DNA from: Vicinamibacteria bacterium
GTDB taxonomy: Bacteria > Acidobacteriota > Vicinamibacteria > Marinacidobacterales > Marinacidobacteraceae
NCBI GenBank assembly: GCA_963422395.1
Contig: OY729431.1
Span: 1,696,001 to 1,760,000 of the forward strand
Direction of reading: 5' to 3'
Length of the DNA stretch: 64,000 bases
Position numbers and translations under genes: made by a program. The notes beneath the pieces were generated by a model. It saw only the letters and a list, made by a program, of their open reading frames with translations. It had not been told where the DNA came from and searched no databases. Positions 57,736-64,000 of the stretch are shown in pieces; within the stretch, counting starts at the first letter, position 1, and each line of letters starts with the position of its first letter.

Positions 57736-60700
57736 ATGTCTGTCCTCGAAAGGTTCACCTCACCACTCAAAAGCCGCGACGCAGCGGCGCGCCTCAGCGC
57801 GGTGCAGCGGCATCCGGTGGAGGATACGGAAACGCTCGCGCAGCTGGCCCGCCAGGACCCCGACCCGCGCGTCCGCAAGGAGGCCATTCGTCGGATCGAA
57901 GCTCCGCGGGTACTCGCTGCGCTCGGGACCACCGCCGGAGACGAGGCCGCCAGACGACTGGCCCGGTCGAAGAGCGAATCGCTGCTGGTCAAGATCGCTG
58001 CGGACGACCGGGATCTGGAAGAGTCCCGCCGGGCACTCGGGCTGCTCGGCCCCCTCCGCGCTCTCGCCGAAGTCGTCTGCCGAGCGCGTTTCGACGCGAT
58101 TCGGGACGAAGCCTTCGATCGGCTGACCGATGTCGGAGATGGGGAAGCTGCCGCCGCGGAGCAGGAGGCGGCGTTCGCCCTCGTCGCTGCGCGGGCGGGG
58201 GAGCCTTCCTTGCGGAGACGAGCTCTGGAGGCGATCCGTGGAGACGCAGCCTTGATGCAGGTGGCGACGGGCGCCGGAGCCCGGGAGATCGCCCAGGCGG
58301 CAGTTCGCCGGATCGAGGACCCGGAGGTGCTGCTCGGCGTCGCGGGCAACAACGCTCCGAAGAGCGTGCGGCGGCTCGCCCAGCGGCGGGCCGAAGAGCG
58401 GTTGCCGGAAAACCATCCCGAAAGGGCGCGAGCGCGGGAAAAGGCGGTCCGGGCCCTTCTGGAGCGGCTCGAAGGCGGCGACCCGGAGAGCGTGGCACGG
58501 AGCCCGCAGCTCTTCGCCGAAGCGGAGACGCTCGCCGCCGCCGGACCGCTCGACGACGGACTCCTCCGCCGGCTCGCCGCGGTGCGGGCTCGGCGGGAGG
58601 ACCACGAGGCGCGGGCCGTGAACCGTGAGAGCCTTTTCGCTCCCCTCCCGGAAGCGGCACTCCGCCGTCCCGCCGCCCCGGCGGGGGGGAGCCCCGATCC
58701 TTCGGTCCCTCCCGAATACACCGAGCTCCTCGCCCGCCTCGAAGATCCGGAAGCGGAGCTCTCCGTCTCCGCAGTGGACGACGCCGAAAGGGAGGCCGGC
58801 CGGCTGCTTTCGGAGTTCGCCGAGGACTCGGAGACCCGCGTGCACCTCGCCGCTGCGCTCCGGGAGGCGCGCTCCCGCGCCTTCGACCGGAAGAAACGCC
58901 GCGCCGGAGAATTCGAACTCGCCGAAATGGCCGATCATGCGGCGGCACTCGCCCGCTCGCTGAAGAGCGAACCCGAGGAAGTGGCCGTGGACGCCGCGCA
59001 ACGGGAATTGACGCGGCTGGTGCGGCGCTTCGAGAAGAGGGATCCCCCGAAGGCAGCAGCCCCCGAACGCGAACGGTTCGAGAGCGCGGTCGCGGACGCC
59101 GAAGCGCTCCTCGCCGCCGCAAGGGAGGCCCGCGCCGAGCGGCGCCGCAAGGCCCGGGAGCGTTTCGACGCGCTCGATCGACGCCTCGAAGCGCTCGAGG
59201 CCTCCGCTCCCCTGCCGCTCGAAGACGCGGAGACCGCACTTCGCGACCTCGGCGCGCTCCGCAGCGACCGCGCGGCGTGGAAGGCCGCCGGGCCGGAAGC
59301 GGCGGCGCGTTTCCAGCGGCGTCAGGCGGCGCTCCTCCCGCGGCTCCGCGAAGCTCGGGAGGAACGCGAGTGGCGCCACTGGTCCAACCTCGAGGGACAG
59401 GCGGAGCTGATCCGACAGGCGCGGGCGCTCCTCGAAGTGCCCGAGGGCACCGATGACGCCCGGGTGGACCGCGAACTGACCCGGCTGGAGCGATCCTGGC
59501 GCGAGGTGCGCCACACGAGCCGCGACCGCGGTCAGGAGCTTTGGGAGGAGTGGGGGCAAGTCCGCGGCCAGCTCCTTTTGCGAGTCGCGCCGTTCCGCGA
59601 GGCCCGGGAGCGCGATTTCGCGGAGAGGCTCGAAGGTCTGGATGCGATCGCCGCACAGGCCGAGACGATCGCGGATGCTTCGGACCCGAGCCGGGCCGCC
59701 GAAATGCGCGCGCTGATGAGCGACTGGCGAGCTCGGGCGAAAGGAATGGGGAAGCGCACGGAACCGGTCTGGAAGCGCTTCCGTGCTGCGAACGACCGTT
59801 ATTTCGAGGCGCTGCAGGAGAGCCGAGCGAAGCGGCTCGCCGAATTGGCAGCGAACATCCCGATCCGGGAGGAACTGATCCGCCGGGCGAAAGCCCTCTT
59901 GGCAGAGGAGTCTGCCAAGGCCTCCGAAGAGGCGGTGCGCAGCGCGGTTCGAGAACTGATGCACGCATGGAAGGAGGCCCCGCCCATCCCGCGGAAGCGG
60001 TCGGACCGGCTGTGGGAGGAGTTTCGCAGTGCCTGCGACGCGGCGCGGGATCGCTTCCGCAAGACCGTAGATTCGGAGACGGACAGGGAGGGCGGCGAGC
60101 CGGCGCCCGTCGAAGCGGAGCGGCAGACCGCGCTCCGGGCCCGCGTCGCCGAAGTGACGGCGCTGCCTTCCGCCGAGCGCCCCGGCGCCGCGGCAGCAGC
60201 CTGGAGTGAATACCGGAAGATACAGCGGGACGGCAACGGCGACACCGGTTCCGAAAAAGCGGGCACCGCACTGCACGCCTGCCTGCGCGAGGCCTTCGAG
60301 AAAGCCCCCGAATCCTTCGCCGGCACCCGCTTCGACCAGGAGGCGCTCGCCGAGCGGCTTCGCGGGCTCCTCGGATCCATCGAACCACTCGCCCGCCGCG
60401 GCGACCGGGCGCCCAAGGAGGGAGGCGTCGCGATGTTCGCCGAACATCTGCAGCGCACCTTCGGCCAGGGACGCGCCGCCGACCGCGACGCCGAAGCCCG
60501 CGGCGCCGCCCGGACCGCCCGGCAGATACTCGAACGGGCGCGCGCCTCCGGCCCGGCGCTCTCCGAGGCGGCGGCCGCTTCGCTCACGCGCATCGAGCAG
60601 TTGGTGAAGGAGGTCATCTCCCGCGCTCCCCCGCCCCCGAAGCAGTTTCCAGACGAGCAGAAGCGCCGCTCTCCCCGCCGCCCGTTCCGCTCCCGACAGG

Positions 60701-60744
60701 ACGGGCCCCGCGAAAGGCCTCGCCGCGACCGGCCCGCCCGCTGA
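57736..60744 (+). CDS. DUF349 domain-containing helical protein
   Basis: HEAT-like N-terminus (DPDPRVRKEAIRRI); repeated W..W..NL / LW..F..A.D.F motifs typical of DUF349. Confidence 0.75.
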   Translation: MSVLERFTSPLKSRDAAARLSAVQRHPVEDTETLAQLARQDPDPRVRKEAIRRIEAPRVLAALGTTAGDEAARRLARSKSESLLVKIAADDRDLEESRRALGLLGPLRALAEVVCRARFDAIRDEAFDRLTDVGDGEAAAAEQEAAFALVAARAGEPSLRRRALEAIRGDAALMQVATGAGAREIAQAAVRRIEDPEVLLGVAGNNAPKSVRRLAQRRAEERLPENHPERARAREKAVRALLERLEGGDPESVARSPQLFAEAETLAAAGPLDDGLLRRLAAVRARREDHEARAVNRESLFAPLPEAALRRPAAPAGGSPDPSVPPEYTELLARLEDPEAELSVSAVDDAEREAGRLLSEFAEDSETRVHLAAALREARSRAFDRKKRRAGEFELAEMADHAAALARSLKSEPEEVAVDAAQRELTRLVRRFEKRDPPKAAAPERERFESAVADAEALLAAAREARAERRRKARERFDALDRRLEALEASAPLPLEDAETALRDLGALRSDRAAWKAAGPEAAARFQRRQAALLPRLREAREEREWRHWSNLEGQAELIRQARALLEVPEGTDDARVDRELTRLERSWREVRHTSRDRGQELWEEWGQVRGQLLLRVAPFREARERDFAERLEGLDAIAAQAETIADASDPSRAAEMRALMSDWRARAKGMGKRTEPVWKRFRAANDRYFEALQESRAKRLAELAANIPIREELIRRAKALLAEESAKASEEAVRSAVRELMHAWKEAPPIPRKRSDRLWEEFRSACDAARDRFRKTVDSETDREGGEPAPVEAERQTALRARVAEVTALPSAERPGAAAAAWSEYRKIQRDGNGDTGSEKAGTALHACLREAFEKAPESFAGTRFDQEALAERLRGLLGSIEPLARRGDRAPKEGGVAMFAEHLQRTFGQGRAADRDAEARGAARTARQILERARASGPALSEAAAASLTRIEQLVKEVISRAPPPPKQFPDEQKRRSPRRPFRSRQDGPRERPRRDRPAR

Positions 60745-60842
60745 TTCCTTCGCCGCGTCTCGCAAGGCCCTCGAACTCTCGCAGGCCCCGTTCGCCGGAA
60801 GCATCAGCCTCCCTGTCCGGGCTCGCCCCGGACCAGCGCTGC

Positions 60843-61088
60843 TCCGCGGCCAGAAAAAAAGACCTGTTGCGCCCGAGCCTCCGGCTCGGGCGCGGCGCAG
60901 CGGGGGTATGGGTGAAAAGGGGGTAGACCCCCTTTCACGAATTGGTAACCCCGAAGCCGAACTCGCTGCCTCCGGCAGCAGTTCGGCTTCCCGGCGCGGA
61001 GCGCCGGGCGGTGCGGGAACGGGGCGTCCCGTTCATCCCACAAGGGTGCGCAACGCAATCCGACATCACGCCCCGTTCTCGAACCGCT
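60843..61088 (+). repeat. Single complete copy (A-B-C) of the multi-hairpin dispersed repeat
   Basis: Same modules as 25767-26540 with substitutions; lies between convergent genes and abuts the stop codon at 61088. Confidence 0.88.
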
Positions 61089-61699
61089 CAGCCCGAGGGG
61101 CGACGCAGGGAGAGGGCGATGCGGTCAGCGATGGTGCGGGCGAGCCGCCGGCGCTGGCCAGCCTCGTCCGGCGGGGAGCCCAGCGGAAAGCGCTCTGCGA
61201 AGACATGGGGGCGCGCCGCATCGTGGACCAGCAGCACATCCAGCCGAACGGTTTCTGCCGTTTCCGACTCCCCGCTTCCGCGAACAGAGGAGAGCGGCAC
61301 CCACGACGAGCCCGGGGCGAGCGGCTGTCCCGGGCCGGATTCCAGGCTGCCGACGAGCACATAGTCGGCGCCGAGCCGCGCTCCGATGCGGAGGAGCCCG
61401 TCCTCCCGCTCCCGGGGGCTCAGCACCGGACGGAGGCGGCGCGGAGAAATCTCGAATATTCCCTCCGGATCGCCTCCGAGCCGCTCCCGGACCGCCTCCG
61501 AGAGCTGGCGCGCGAAGCCGACGAGCTCGCCGCGCCCCGTCCGGTCGTCGAAATCCGGGACGAGGAGCACCGGGCGCCCCGGCGGGTCGGGGCGCCGAAG
61601 CGCGCTCGGCTTCCCGGCGAAGGCGATCAGGCCGAGGACGGTTCCGAAGACGACGATCCCGCCTGCCACCAACAGGCCGCGCGGAGCCGTGTCGCTCAT
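61088..61699 (-). CDS. Hypothetical membrane-anchored protein with a TolB-N/CsgG-like fold pattern
   Basis: TM segment, then LLVPDFDDRTG...LSEAVRERL...ARLGADYVLVGSL. Confidence 0.6.
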   Translation of the reverse strand: MSDTAPRGLLVAGGIVVFGTVLGLIAFAGKPSALRRPDPPGRPVLLVPDFDDRTGRGELVGFARQLSEAVRERLGGDPEGIFEISPRRLRPVLSPREREDGLLRIGARLGADYVLVGSLESGPGQPLAPGSSWVPLSSVRGSGESETAETVRLDVLLVHDAARPHVFAERFPLGSPPDEAGQRRRLARTIADRIALSLRRPSG

Positions 61700-61753
61700 C
61701 TTGCCCCCGGACGCCTCGGCGGCGATCATACGGCCCGAAACCGAGATCCACCC

Positions 61754-62545
61754 TTGTTGCCAGCCGTCGCCCTCGTGAAGCAGGTCCCCGACCGAAACTC
61801 GGCGTTTCGCCTTGCCGGGGACTGGATCGACGAGTCGAGCCTGGGATACGGCATGAGCGACTACGACCGCTCCGCCGTCGAGGCGGTCCTGGCGTTACGG
61901 GATGCCGGTTTGGTCTCGGAAACGGCAGTGGTGACCGCCGGGCCCGACGAAGCGAGTCAGGTCCTCCGCACCTGCCTCGCCATGGGCGCGGATCGAGGGG
62001 TGCACCTCGTTTGCGACCGGCGCGCTCTCGCAGATCCGTTCCCGGTAGCTCGCGCGCTCGCCGACGCCGTGCGCGACCTGAACCCCGCTGTCGTGACCGC
62101 AGGGCTCGTCACCGAAGACAGTGCCCACGGACAGGTCGGCGGCCTGGTGGCCGGTCTGCTCGGGTGGTCTTGGGCATCGGCGGTCACCGCGATCCGGCTC
62201 CGGGAGGATGTGGTCGAAGCGGAGCGCGAGCTCGAGAACAATCGGACGGCGGTGGTCGAGCTGCGGCTGCCCGCGGTGCTCGCGGTGCAGACCGGCATCA
62301 ACACCCCGCGCTATGCGAGCCTGCGCGGCATCATGGCATCGCGGCGGAAGCCCGTCCGGCGCGTGGAACCGCCGACGCTCCGCACGCCCCCCGAAGCCGC
62401 TGGGCTCCGCCGGTTGACGCTCCGAAGACCCGACCGCAGCGCCGGCGCGGAAATTCTCGAAGGGGCGCCGGAAACGGTGGCGGAGGCACTCGTCGAGCGA
62501 ATCCGCTCCGGCGCCGGGATCGCATTTCGAGGGCGCGGCCGATGA
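61754..62545 (+). CDS. etfB: Electron transfer flavoprotein beta subunit
   Basis: VKQVPD, LAMGADRG, GQVGG, INTPRYASLRGIM. TTG start inferred. Confidence 0.92.
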   Translation: MLPAVALVKQVPDRNSAFRLAGDWIDESSLGYGMSDYDRSAVEAVLALRDAGLVSETAVVTAGPDEASQVLRTCLAMGADRGVHLVCDRRALADPFPVARALADAVRDLNPAVVTAGLVTEDSAHGQVGGLVAGLLGWSWASAVTAIRLREDVVEAERELENNRTAVVELRLPAVLAVQTGINTPRYASLRGIMASRRKPVRRVEPPTLRTPPEAAGLRRLTLRRPDRSAGAEILEGAPETVAEALVERIRSGAGIAFRGRGR

Positions 62546-63516
62546 GCCGGCGGGTTCTCGTCCTCGCGGAGCGGGACGGCCGCGGAGTCGCCGAGATCAC
62601 TTTCGAACTGCTGGAAGCGGCAGCGCGCCTCGCCGAAGACCCCTCCGGGGTGTTCGTGGCGCTCCCCGCCGCCGATGCGGACGAGGCCGAGGCCGCCGCC
62701 GATGGCCTGCCGGCGGCGGAGATCCTCGGCGTTTGCGGGCCGGCGCTCGCCGCCTACAGCGCCGATGGATACGCCGAAGCCATCCTCCAGGCCCGGGAGG
62801 CAGCCGGGGCCCACTGTGTCCTGCTCCCGCACACCTCGATCGGCTGGGACACCGCACCTCTCGCCGCGGCCCGCAGCGGCGCCGCGGCGGCTACCGGGGC
62901 GACCGGCTTGCGTTGGACCGACGAGGGACTCTTCGTCTCCCGGAAGGCGTTCTCGGGCAAGTTCGTCCAGGAGGTCCTGCTCCCGGGGCTTCCCGCGGTC
63001 GCCACCGTCGAGCGGGGCACCTTCCCCGCCCGTATCTCCGGCGGCGCCGCTTCGTTCCGCGTGCTTCCCTGCCGGGTCCGGCCCGAAGACCTGCGCTCCC
63101 GGCTGCTCGAAGTCCGGGAGGTCGAATCCGCGGGAGAGGTGGACCTGCCGGCGGCCGAGGTGGTGGTCGCCGCCGGACGCGGTATGGGGGGGCCGGAGAA
63201 TCTCCCTCTCCTGGAGGAGCTCGCCCAGGCGCTCGGCGGGGTGGTTGGCGCCTCGCGGGCGGTGACCGACGCCGGCTGGCTTCCGCACGACCGCCAGATC
63301 GGCTCCAGCGGGGCGACGGTTTCGCCGAAGCTCTACCTGGCGTGCGGCATCTCGGGCGCCATCCAGCACCTCGTGGGAATGCGCGGCGCCCGCTTCGTGG
63401 TCGCCATCAACAAGGACCCCGACGCTCCCATCTTCGGCGCCGCCGATCTAGGGGTGGTCGGCGACGCGCTGGAGGTTCTGCCCGCCCTCAACGAAGCCAT
63501 CCGCAAGGCGCGATAG
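62542..63516 (+). CDS. etfA: Electron transfer flavoprotein alpha subunit
   Basis: VVAAGRG, GASRAVTD, QIGSSG, GISGAIQHLVGM, AINKDPDAPIF. Confidence 0.95.
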   Translation: MSRRVLVLAERDGRGVAEITFELLEAAARLAEDPSGVFVALPAADADEAEAAADGLPAAEILGVCGPALAAYSADGYAEAILQAREAAGAHCVLLPHTSIGWDTAPLAAARSGAAAATGATGLRWTDEGLFVSRKAFSGKFVQEVLLPGLPAVATVERGTFPARISGGAASFRVLPCRVRPEDLRSRLLEVREVESAGEVDLPAAEVVVAAGRGMGGPENLPLLEELAQALGGVVGASRAVTDAGWLPHDRQIGSSGATVSPKLYLACGISGAIQHLVGMRGARFVVAINKDPDAPIFGAADLGVVGDALEVLPALNEAIRKAR

Positions 63517-63572
63517 AACCTGCCCTGGTCGAGCCCTCGCTCCGCGCTGCACCCCCACCACCGCTCCGGCTG

Positions 63573-64000
63573 CTACACCATCGCTTCGGGACGGACCCAT
63601 TCGTCGAACTGTTCCGCAGTGAGCAGATCCAGGGAGATCGCCGCCTCCTTGAGCGAGGTTCCGTCGGCGTAGGCCTTCTTGGCGATGCGGGCGGCGTTGT
63701 CGTAGCCGAGGTGCGGGTTCAACGCCGTGACCAGCATGAGCGAGTTTTCGAGGTTCTGCCGGAGACGCTCCTCGTTCGGTTCGATTCCGACGACGCAGCG
63801 CTCCCGGAAGGAATCGCAGCCGCCTTCGATCAAACGGGCGCTGCCGAGGAAGTTGTGGGCGATGAGGGGCTTCATCACATTCAGCTCGAAGTTCCCCCCC
63901 GCCCCGCCGATCCCGATCGCCACATCGTTTCCTAGCACCTGCGCGGTGGCCATCAAGAGCGCTTCCGACTGGGTGGGATTCACCTTGCCCGGCATGATGG
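63573..64000 (-). CDS. fumC: Class II fumarate hydratase, C-terminal part (5' end outside the window)
   Basis: [10 protein letters not shown] signature, [25 protein letters not shown]. Confidence 0.93.
   Translation of the reverse strand, partial: IMPGKVNPTQSEALLMATAQVLGNDVAIGIGGAGGNFELNVMKPLIAHNFLGSARLIEGGCDSFRERCVVGIEPNEERLRQNLENSLMLVTALNPHLGYDNAARIAKKAYADGTSLKEAAISLDLLTAEQFDEWVRPEAMV

Overview
A GC-rich (about 70%) bacterial chromosomal window, probably from an Acidobacteriota-type organism. This placement is inferred from the GWxTD protein, the Oar-like TonB-dependent receptor, the CRTAC1/ASPIC-UnbV plus TPR pair and the very long LptC/LptA-like protein. Positions 1-22.7 kb are mostly accessory envelope and periplasmic genes: DUF1028, TPR proteins, a TonB-CTD/DUF1326 fusion, a frameshifted TonB-dependent receptor, several Tat-exported enzymes, an S9 peptidase, LigD, GWxTD, DUF2911 and two Tat aminotransferases. 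Positions 22.9-64 kb are mostly housekeeping: ptsI-HPr-EIIA, rpoN, lptB/lptC, accA, dnaE, guaA, a sensor kinase, pssA/psd, tsaB, mutS, a TAXI-TRAP transporter, gdhA, an MFS transporter, DUF349, etfBA and fumC, plus one IS481-family element. I saw no rRNA, tRNA or CRISPR array. The strongest unexplained signals are: (1) a ~300-nt intergenic segment with six nested perfect helices and a possible pseudoknot, directly upstream of a LigD whose ligase catalytic residues are all replaced; (2) a multi-hairpin dispersed repeat family with compensatory changes and a flipped 16-bp core; (3) a Tat-exported FMN alpha-hydroxy-acid oxidase carrying CxxCH; (4) a TonB-CTD/DUF1326 lipoprotein fusion; (5) strong depletion of ACGT across the window. 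All family calls come from recognising motifs by eye; no searches were run.
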